64,000 nt of DNA, taken from Candidatus Latescibacterota bacterium. Its GTDB lineage: Bacteria > Latescibacterota > UBA2968 > GCA-2709665. The notes below the pieces were generated by a model. It was given only the letters and a program-made list of their open reading frames with translations. It made no database searches and had not been told where the DNA came from. The translations under genes and the position numbers were made by a program. The stretch is taken from positions 1,120,001 through 1,184,000 of the forward strand of contig CBDCOX010000002.1 of assembly GCA_965219995.1 (NCBI GenBank), given 5' to 3'. Shown one piece after another: positions 56,632-64,000 of this stretch (position 1 is its first letter; each line of letters opens with the position of its first letter).

Positions 56632-56685
56632 AGTTCTGCATCCGGGTTTTCTCAAAGGCCCGGGGTTCCCCCCAGTCGCCTTTGG

Positions 56686-58251
56686 CTATTTGCCTCTCAG
56701 AACCGCAACCGGCAGGACCATCTCCTCGAGCGATATGCCGCCGTGCTGGAAACTGTTCGCATAATACCGCTGGTATTCGTTGAATTTCGTGGGATATACG
56801 AAATAGTAGTCCTCCCGCGAAATGATATACGTGGTACCCATCCCAAGATCGGGCAGGCGATAGACGTTCGGGTCCGCGACGTAGACCGCGTGCCGGTTGT
56901 CGCATCGAAGGTGTTTGCCATATTTGTATCGGAGATTGGTGGACGTATCGCGGTTTCCGTGCGCCACGGTCGCCCGGGTACTCATAACGCAGCCGTGGTC
57001 GGTAGTCAATACCACGGTGGTATCCGTATCGGCCAGCTTTCGCAACATTTCAAACAACGATGAATGAGAAAACCAGGACCGGCTGAGCGAACGATAGGCC
57101 GACTCGTTTGGCGCCATTTCTTTCAGAATATCCGATTCCGACCTTCCATGCGCCAGAATATCCAGGAAATTGAACACCACCGACATCAGGGGAAAAGACC
57201 GGTACGAATGCACCTTTTTGACGAGATGGTTGCCCTCGGCGATGTCCAGCACCTTCACGTACCGGGTGTCCAGCTTCAGCGTGGGATCGAGTTCCTGAAT
57301 CTGGTTGTCGAGGAGCTGATGCTCGTGCCGGTTTCGGCTGTTGTCGTCGTCCCAGCCCGAACGCCATTCCTGCGGATACAACCTGGCGACGTCACTTGGG
57401 AAAAGACCGCTGAATATGGCGTTTCTCGAATAGGGCGTGGCCGTAGGGAGAACGGAATAGTGGTAATGCTGCTCAATATTGAAGAGTTCGGACAGGAGCG
57501 GTGCGATTGCCAGCCAGTGATCCAGTCGCATACAGTCCACAACCACGAAGAATACCTGCTGACCCTCCTGAAGCGCGGGCAACACGAACTCGCTCACCAC
57601 GTCGACGGATAACACGGGGGAATCCATATCGTCCTGGAGCCAGTGGGGATAATTGGCTTCCACGAAGCGTCCGAACGCCCGGTTGCACGCCCGCCGCAAA
57701 TCCTCGTGCATCTTTCTCAGTCCGGCGTCGTAAAACCTGTCCAGTTCCAGGTCCCACTCGGAAAGCTTCACGTGGATATCGATCCAATCCTGCCAGGTCG
57801 CTTCGCCTGCCATCAAGGCACGGATTCGATTCGACACGGCGGCGTAATCCAACCCCATTCGCCCCGTCACGATCTGCCGTGCATCGAGCAGCTTTTTGCA
57901 AGCCGAAAGAATCTGGCTGGGGTTTACCGGTTTGGTCAGATAATCGTCGATCCGATGGCCCAGCGCTTCCTCCATCAAACGTTCCTCTTCGTTCTTCGTG
58001 ATCATGATGACAGGGATGTCGGGGTTGATTTCCTTGATCATTGCAAGCGTGGAAAGCCCGCCTCGACCCGCCATCATTTCATCCAGAAGGACGATGTCGA
58101 ACCCCCGCTGCTTCACCATCGCGATGGCGTCGTCCCCGTTCGTCACGGGCGTGACTTTATAGCCGCGGGAACCGAGAAACATCGTATGCGACCTCAAGAG
58201 GTCAATTTCGTCGTCTGCCCACAGGACCTGCTTTTCTTTCATGGCGTTCAT
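56686..58251 (-). CDS. PorX-like response regulator with PglZ (alkaline phosphatase superfamily) domain
   Basis: WADDE, LLDEMM, MITK..EE receiver; VDCMRLD, LPTATPYSRNAIFSG, TTDHG, FQHGGISLEEM. Confidence 0.9.
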   Translation of the reverse strand: MNAMKEKQVLWADDEIDLLRSHTMFLGSRGYKVTPVTNGDDAIAMVKQRGFDIVLLDEMMAGRGGLSTLAMIKEINPDIPVIMITKNEEERLMEEALGHRIDDYLTKPVNPSQILSACKKLLDARQIVTGRMGLDYAAVSNRIRALMAGEATWQDWIDIHVKLSEWDLELDRFYDAGLRKMHEDLRRACNRAFGRFVEANYPHWLQDDMDSPVLSVDVVSEFVLPALQEGQQVFFVVVDCMRLDHWLAIAPLLSELFNIEQHYHYSVLPTATPYSRNAIFSGLFPSDVARLYPQEWRSGWDDDNSRNRHEHQLLDNQIQELDPTLKLDTRYVKVLDIAEGNHLVKKVHSYRSFPLMSVVFNFLDILAHGRSESDILKEMAPNESAYRSLSRSWFSHSSLFEMLRKLADTDTTVVLTTDHGCVMSTRATVAHGNRDTSTNLRYKYGKHLRCDNRHAVYVADPNVYRLPDLGMGTTYIISREDYYFVYPTKFNEYQRYYANSFQHGGISLEEMVLPVAVLRGK

Positions 58252-59603
58252 GCTCCAGGCCGTTGAGACGCCTTCCGGTCATCCACCGGCCTCAGGGGTA
58301 GTGAAATGAGGAACGTCGTTCCCATTCCCGGCAGACTTTCCTGAACGGAAATCCTGCCGCGATGATAGTCTTCGACAATCCGCTTGACGAAGGCCAGCCC
58401 CAGCCCCCAACCCCGGTCCTTCGTACTGTAGCCGGGAAGAAAGACCTGCTTGATCAGGTGGGGTTGAATTCCTTTGCCATTGTCCCGAACACGGACGTCC
58501 ACCCACTCGCCCTCCGACCGGACATCCGCCGAGATTTCGATCTTGCCGCCCTTTCCCTCCATGGCGTCCGCGGCGTTCTTGAACAGGTTTTCGAATGCCC
58601 AGCCCAACAACTGGCGATTCAACGGAACCGGTGGAACGTCGTAGTCGCGCTGTACGATCCGGACCTCCCGCGAGAGCCGGCCGCGCAGATAGGATGCCGT
58701 CTCCTCGACCACGCGGCGGAGGTTTTCGAGTCGAAGCTCGGGCGTGGATCCGATGAGGCTGAAACGGGAGACGATCTTGTTCAGCCGGCTGGTATCCTCC
58801 TCCATCGCGACCACGATCTGATCGAACCGCCTGCGTGTGTCTTCATCCACCGGACCCGGCGAATGCTCGAGTTCCGATCTCATCAACTCGATCCAGCCGT
58901 AGAGCGAGGAGAGCGGTGTGCCGAGCTGGTGGGCGGTCTCGCGGGCCATCCCGATCCAGATCGACCGCTGCTCGCTGTTTTTCAGATTGCGAAAGCCGAG
59001 ATAGCCCACGCCGACAAAGAGCGCCGTTACGCAAAGCGCGACCCACGGAAGCCAAGCCAGCCGCCGTACCAGGGGTGAATCGCCATAGTGCAGCACGCGC
59101 GGGCCGATCTGCGGGATTTCAAACGAGTACGGCGGATTCTCGTTATCCAGGCGCCGAACGATCCGTTCCATCTGTTTTCGGTCGTCCGGGCTGAGGTCGC
59201 CCGGATTGCCCTGGGGTATCTCAATGGCCTTCCACATATGGGGTTCGCCGTTCTCACCGGTAATGACCACCGGAAAGTTGGCATTCTTTATGGTCTGAAA
59301 GATAGAATTGACGTCAAGGTCTCTGACAACCACGGTATCCTGGGTGGCCATCCCGTAGAAGAACGCCAGCCGCTTGATGATGTCGCGCGAATCCCGACGC
59401 ATCGGGTCCACAACGAAGATCTGCATGTAAACCAGAAACGCCAGGATAATGACCGTTGCGGCCAGAAACAGATAGGCTCCCAGGCTGTACGAACTCTTAA
59501 GACCGACGCTCAGCCGGCCCTTTCGTACCACCGGCGCACCCATGGGTCCCAGGGTCATTGGCCCGCCTGTGCGACCTGTCAGATCTTTTGTTCCCGCGCC
59601 CAT
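58248..59603 (-). CDS. Membrane sensor histidine kinase
   Basis: Two TM segments, ETAHQLGTP H-box, ENLFKNA, DNGKGI, GWGLGL; ATGA overlap with the regulator; start uncertain. Confidence 0.92.
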   Translation of the reverse strand: MGAGTKDLTGRTGGPMTLGPMGAPVVRKGRLSVGLKSSYSLGAYLFLAATVIILAFLVYMQIFVVDPMRRDSRDIIKRLAFFYGMATQDTVVVRDLDVNSIFQTIKNANFPVVITGENGEPHMWKAIEIPQGNPGDLSPDDRKQMERIVRRLDNENPPYSFEIPQIGPRVLHYGDSPLVRRLAWLPWVALCVTALFVGVGYLGFRNLKNSEQRSIWIGMARETAHQLGTPLSSLYGWIELMRSELEHSPGPVDEDTRRRFDQIVVAMEEDTSRLNKIVSRFSLIGSTPELRLENLRRVVEETASYLRGRLSREVRIVQRDYDVPPVPLNRQLLGWAFENLFKNAADAMEGKGGKIEISADVRSEGEWVDVRVRDNGKGIQPHLIKQVFLPGYSTKDRGWGLGLAFVKRIVEDYHRGRISVQESLPGMGTTFLISLPLRPVDDRKASQRPGA

Positions 59604-59764
59604 CGCCGGGGCTCCCTTCTCCTACCTCAACGTCCCGGGTTTCGGTAAGTTCCGTGCCATTCCGGGGACGTCAGCATTCCGGTGTCGAGCGGTACGGAAC
59701 GGCACACGGACGCACAGAAAGTATACGTATTTTGCAAGCATCCAGTCAACCAAAGAAAAAGCGT

Positions 59765-59793
59765 TTGCATTATCTCTTTCGTATATATATATT
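59765..59793 (+). promoter_or_regulatory. Sigma70-type promoter for rpsU
   Basis: TTGCAT-17bp-TATATT in an AT-rich patch. Confidence 0.6.
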
Positions 59794-59920
59794 TGGAGTC
59801 ACTAATTTCCTGGAGGACGCGGCATGTGCGCGGGAAGCCGGACCGACGTTCGGTCGTCGGATCCTTCGGCGCCATGTCGTGCCGGTTCATACAGGAAACG
59901 GAAAGGAGGGAGTCCAGCTT

Positions 59921-60118
59921 ATGGCCAGGGTTGTGGTGAGAGATGACGAGCCCTTTGAAAAAGCGCTGAAGAGGTTCAAGAAAACCTGCGAAAAAGCAGG
60001 AATAATGACTGAGATGAAAAAGCATCAGCATTTCGAGAAGCCCAGCGAGCGCCGGAAGCGAAAGATCGCGGCGGCAAAGCGGAAGCGCATGAAATTCGAA
60101 ACGCGATTCAACCAATAG
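59921..60118 (+). CDS. rpsU: 30S ribosomal protein S21
   Basis: EPFEKALKRFKK, FEKPSERRKRK; SD AAAGGAGG. Confidence 0.95.
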   Translation: MARVVVRDDEPFEKALKRFKKTCEKAGIMTEMKKHQHFEKPSERRKRKIAAAKRKRMKFETRFNQ

Positions 60119-60142
60119 AACGAACCTGGCAGCACGGCAACG

Positions 60143-60183
60143 ACAACCGCACCGATTCGCCTTCGGATGCGGTTGTATTTTTT
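60143..60183 (+). terminator. Rho-independent terminator after rpsU
   Basis: ACAACCGCA / TGCGGTTGT stem then ATTTTTT. Confidence 0.75.
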
Positions 60184-60319
60184 GCGCCTTGTTGTCGAGG
60201 TCGGCCTTTCCGGCCAATGTCGCCGCGGTGCCCCACCCCCGGTGTTTCCATCCGGCGTAGCGTTCCGGAGACAGATCGCCGAAGTCCCGGACTGCACACC
60301 CCGTCAGACGGAGGACCGA

Positions 60320-60991
60320 ATGAACATCGTCGATCTGATCTTGCTGATCGGGCTCGGCTGGATGGTTTTCAGAGGGTGCCGCATCGGATTGGTACGGGGC
60401 CTCGTAGGCCTGGTCAGTTTCGTTCTGGCCTACGGACTGGGCCTGGCGTACGGCGGTGCGGTCTCGGAGTGGATTTCGGGCGAAAATGCAGGCCATGGTC
60501 CGGCCCTGCTGGGCTTTTTCTGCGTTTTCCTCGCGACGTTGATCGCGTGCTACGTTCTGGGACGGATGCTTCAGGCCATGCTCAAGGCCACCCCCCTGGG
60601 CGCCGTGGACACATTGGGGGGCGGCGCCTTCGGCCTCGTGCAGGGGGTGCTCCTGCTGGGGTTGCTGATCCTGCTGCTGAGGGCATACCCCCCTCATCCC
60701 AGGGTGAAGGCTTACATTGACGACGCGCGGCTGTCGCGCCACGTACAGCAGGCCTGCCTTGTCCTGATGGATGCTGTCAGGTCCGCCGTTCCACGCGCGT
60801 CGGAATTCTACAAATATCTGGTACCCGACCAACTGCAAGAGTCGTCGATTCAACCCTTTGTGGACAGTGTGACCAGGGAGACCGGAAAAGCAGGCGCCCG
60901 TCTGAAGGGTCTTCTGGACGAGTCCGGAACGACAGCAAAGGAGACGTCGGGGGATCCTCCACCGAGCCCACCGGGCGGCGAACGCAAATAG
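60320..60991 (+). CDS. cvpA: CvpA family membrane protein
   Basis: MNIVDLIL, RG.RIGLV, D.LGG.AFG; SD GGAGG; cvpA-mutS2 synteny. Confidence 0.85.
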   Translation: MNIVDLILLIGLGWMVFRGCRIGLVRGLVGLVSFVLAYGLGLAYGGAVSEWISGENAGHGPALLGFFCVFLATLIACYVLGRMLQAMLKATPLGAVDTLGGGAFGLVQGVLLLGLLILLLRAYPPHPRVKAYIDDARLSRHVQQACLVLMDAVRSAVPRASEFYKYLVPDQLQESSIQPFVDSVTRETGKAGARLKGLLDESGTTAKETSGDPPPSPPGGERK

Positions 60992-61064
60992 CGGACGCGG
61001 CTGCCGTCGCACGGTATCATTGCACCGCGAACATCCACGGTCTTCCCGATCGGTCCATGACGTT

Positions 61065-63437
61065 ATGACCCTGCCCCCCAAAACCCTCCAGACCCTCGAA
61101 TTCGATAAAGTCCTCGATCTGATTGCGAAACGCACCGTTTCCGCTCCCGGGCAAACCGAAGTCGAAAGCCTGGCGCCGACAGACGATCCCGAGTGCGTCG
61201 AGGCCCGGCTCCGTCCGGTTCTCGAAGCCATGGACCTGATCGGGTATGACGACCCCGTACCAATCGGGCGCATGCCCGACATTCGCGCCGCGGCGAATAA
61301 CGCCGCTGTACCCGGTACGACGCTCGCGATTGCCGACCTGATCCAGATCGATGAAATCGCGCGCATGTCCCGCCGCCTTCTCGGATATTTTCTCAAACGG
61401 AACGCGAAATGTCCGCGGCTCCACGCTCTCGCGTCAGGGTTGTCGACCCACTCCGACCTTGAAGCCCGCATTCACCGCGCCATCGACCCCGCAACGGAAA
61501 CCGTCAAGGATTCCGCAAGTGCGGAATTGAGGCGGCTCCGGCGCAGCCTGGAGACAACCCGGTCGGGCATCCGCAGTTCCATTGAAGGCATCCTGAACCG
61601 GCTTCCCGACGACGTGTTGCAGGAACGACTGATTACCATCAGGAACGGCCGCTTCGTCATCCCGGTTCGGGAAAATCAGAAACACCGGCTGGAAGGCCTC
61701 GTACATGATCAGTCGGCCAGCGGCGCGACGCTCTTCGTCGAACCCATGGCCACCCTGGCGCTCAACAACCGGCTGCGGCAACTCGAGCTGGCCGAACAAC
61801 AGGAGGTGAAACGCGTCCTTCAGGAGCTTACCCGCGGCGTGGGCGAGGTCAGCGGGAGCCTGTTGGAAAACCTGCGTATTCTGGGAAGATTCGACGCCAT
61901 ATTCGCAAAGGCCGGCTTCTCACACGAGCTGAAATGCAGTGAGCCCGTATTCAACCGGGAAGGACGCCTCGAACTCCGCGAGGCACGGCATCCCCTTCTG
62001 GTCGACCGCCTGCGCGATGAGAACCGGTCCGATTCGATCGTCCCGCTCGGTTTGGCAATGGACAACGGCGGCATCCGCACGCTTGTGCTGACCGGGCCCA
62101 ACGCGGGCGGCAAGACCGTGGCACTGAAAACCGTCGGCCTGCTTGCGCTGATGGCGCAGGCGGGCCTGCCCGTGCCGGCGGCGGAAAATTCACAGTTTCC
62201 GATCTTCAGCGGTGTCTTTGCGGACATCGGCGATGCCCAGTCCATCGAGAACGACCTCAGCACGTTTTCGTCTCACGTGTCGAATCTGGTTGAGGTTACG
62301 ACTCGCGCCGAAGCCCGGTCGCTCGTCCTTCTCGACGAAGTCGGCGCCAGCACCGATCCCGACCAGGGCGCCGCCCTGGCGATGGCCCTATTGAGTACGC
62401 TCACCCGGCGGGGCTGCCTTACGGTAGCGACGACCCATCACGGCGCCCTCAAAGCCTTTGCACACCGCACGGACGGGATGGCCAACGGCTCGATGGCGTT
62501 CGACGCGGCCACCCTGACGCCCACCTTCCAGCTTCGGCTGAATATGCCCGGAAGCAGTTACGCCTTTGAAATCGCCCGCCGGCTTCAGATGCCATCCGAC
62601 ATCGTCGACGAAGCCCGGCGCATCGCGGGAAGCGATATCGGCCGTCTGGAAGCCCTCATTGCGGATCTCGACGACACGTACCGGCATTACAACGAAGAAC
62701 TGGAACGAGCGCAGTCCATCCGGGGTGAGATGGAACGCCTGAAAGCGGAATACGACAGCCGCCTCGAGGAAGTGGACCGGCGTGAACGCGCGCTCAAACG
62801 CGGCGCGGAAGAGGAAGCCAGGTTGATTCTGGACGGCGCCAACGCCCTGATCGAACGCACCGTTTCCGAACTCAGGCGGCGAAACGCAGACACGGACTCG
62901 ATCAAGAAAGCCCGGGCGGAAGTGGCGCAGGCCAGACGCGACCTGACCGATCCGGTCGAGGCGCCGGCAGTGCCTCTGCCGGCGCTCGAACCCGGAGGCC
63001 GGGTGCGGGTGCGCAGTCTCGGAAAAGAAGGTACCGTGGCGGCCGGGCGGAATGAGGGGTCCCGGGTAACGGTCGAAGTCGGCAACGTGCGTCTGCAGGT
63101 GCAGCGGGCGGACCTCGAACCCGTGGAAACCGCCGGCGAGCCGCCTTCCGCGGCCGCCCGCTACGGACTCGCCGCGCCCGATAGCGTTTCCGCCGAAGTG
63201 GACCTGAGAGGCATGACCGTGGAAGAGGCCGTGGAAGCCGTCGACAAGTACGTCGACGAACTCTACCTGGCCGGAATGGAACACGCTGCGGTGATTCACG
63301 GGAAGGGCACGGGCGCCCTGCGCAGGGCGATCGGCATCCACCTCGGGAGCCACGAATTCGTCAAGTCACAGCGCCTCGGACTGAACAACGAGGGCGGCGC
63401 CGGCGTCACGGTTATCACGCTCGACCTGGATACCTGA
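61065..63437 (+). CDS. mutS2: MutS2 ATPase/Smr endonuclease
   Basis: LEFDKV, HDQSASGAT.FVEP, TGPNAGGKT, DIGD.QSIE..LSTFS, KOW, Smr DLRG...IHGKGTG. Confidence 0.95.
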   Translation: MTLPPKTLQTLEFDKVLDLIAKRTVSAPGQTEVESLAPTDDPECVEARLRPVLEAMDLIGYDDPVPIGRMPDIRAAANNAAVPGTTLAIADLIQIDEIARMSRRLLGYFLKRNAKCPRLHALASGLSTHSDLEARIHRAIDPATETVKDSASAELRRLRRSLETTRSGIRSSIEGILNRLPDDVLQERLITIRNGRFVIPVRENQKHRLEGLVHDQSASGATLFVEPMATLALNNRLRQLELAEQQEVKRVLQELTRGVGEVSGSLLENLRILGRFDAIFAKAGFSHELKCSEPVFNREGRLELREARHPLLVDRLRDENRSDSIVPLGLAMDNGGIRTLVLTGPNAGGKTVALKTVGLLALMAQAGLPVPAAENSQFPIFSGVFADIGDAQSIENDLSTFSSHVSNLVEVTTRAEARSLVLLDEVGASTDPDQGAALAMALLSTLTRRGCLTVATTHHGALKAFAHRTDGMANGSMAFDAATLTPTFQLRLNMPGSSYAFEIARRLQMPSDIVDEARRIAGSDIGRLEALIADLDDTYRHYNEELERAQSIRGEMERLKAEYDSRLEEVDRRERALKRGAEEEARLILDGANALIERTVSELRRRNADTDSIKKARAEVAQARRDLTDPVEAPAVPLPALEPGGRVRVRSLGKEGTVAAGRNEGSRVTVEVGNVRLQVQRADLEPVETAGEPPSAAARYGLAAPDSVSAEVDLRGMTVEEAVEAVDKYVDELYLAGMEHAAVIHGKGTGALRRAIGIHLGSHEFVKSQRLGLNNEGGAGVTVITLDLDT

Positions 63438-63488
63438 AGGCGAACGAGGACTTCATGTGCCAGTACGGGGCAACCGCGTCCGAGCCGT

Positions 63489-63517
63489 TTGACACCTCAC
63501 CAGGATTCGTCTATATT
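63489..63517 (+). promoter_or_regulatory. Sigma70-type promoter for ispG
   Basis: TTGACA-17bp-TATATT. Confidence 0.7.
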
Positions 63518-63574
63518 AATACCGGGCTCGATAGAAGTTCCTTTCCTTTTCCTCCTTTCGCCTGAATCCGTCCC

Positions 63575-64000
63575 ATGCTGATTACCGACCTGCAAACAGA
63601 TCCACGCGAATACTGCAACAGCCTCACCGAGTACAGCCGCTACCGGACGCGGGAAGTGGACATCGGCGGGATTCCCCTTGGCGGAGACAATCCCATCCGC
63701 ATACAGTCCATGACGACAACGGACACCATGGATACCCTCGCCACGGTTGAACAGTCCATTCGGATCATCGAAGCGGGCGGGGACTACGTACGCATCACCG
63801 CGCCCAGCCAGAACGAGGCGCGAAATCTTGAAGCCATCCGGAAGGAACTCCGGGCGAGGGGATACGACGCCCCGCTGATCGCCGACATCCATTACACGCC
63901 CAATGCGGCGGAAATCGCCGCCCGGATCGTCGAAAAGGTGAGGGTCAACCCCGGCAACTACGCGGATAAGAAGAAATTCCAGATCGTGGAGTACACGGAC
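63575..64000 (+). CDS. ispG: HMBPP synthase IspG (3' truncated by window)
   Basis: Manual translation (absent from the ORF track): TREV.IG..PLGGDNPIRIQSMTTTDT, PLIADIH, KVRVNPGNYAD. Confidence 0.95.
   Translation, partial: MLITDLQTDPREYCNSLTEYSRYRTREVDIGGIPLGGDNPIRIQSMTTTDTMDTLATVEQSIRIIEAGGDYVRITAPSQNEARNLEAIRKELRARGYDAPLIADIHYTPNAAEIAARIVEKVRVNPGNYADKKKFQIVEYTD

Noticed and set aside
56686-58251. PglZ domain as a BREX phage-defence system
   Set aside because: It is fused to a receiver domain in the PorX-tsaE context; no brxC, pglX or brxL present
59782-59792. (TA)n run as a phase-variable microsatellite
   Set aside because: Short, and explained by the rpsU spacer and -10 element

Overview
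GC-rich bacterial chromosomal window with about 47 genes, two of them cut by the window edges. I saw no rRNA, tRNA, CRISPR array, prophage or transposase. The lineage is probably FCB-superphylum (Latescibacterota/Gemmatimonadota-like); this is inferred from the HK-PorX(PglZ)-tsaE-YjbH operon and the long-type IspG. Content: sugar/acid catabolism genes (FGGY kinase, two Gfo/Idh/MocA, GarR-like, phnA), DNA repair (tandem-fused 1.9 kaa UvrA, AlkD-like, Ogg), a small polysaccharide block (gmd, CysE-like, GT2, GT4, Wzx, DUF3047), RND-queC, a KamA radical SAM, UPF0182-murQ, and a translation quality-control neighbourhood (atypical ClpX, rqcH, tsaE, rpsU, cvpA, mutS2). Most notable: (1) two loci of an uncharacterised module pairing DUF1854 with exporter-fold ABC transporters that carry a PH-like plus CxxC-x10-CxxC N-terminus, one locus preceded by a beta-helix and a CBM9-like protein lacking signal peptides; (2) a four-copy MITE with CTAG/CTGG target duplications, one copy of which sits in the 5' end of tsaE and appears to supply its new start codon; (3) long structured leaders upstream of uvrA and rpsU. 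All assignments come from reading motifs by eye; no database searches were run.
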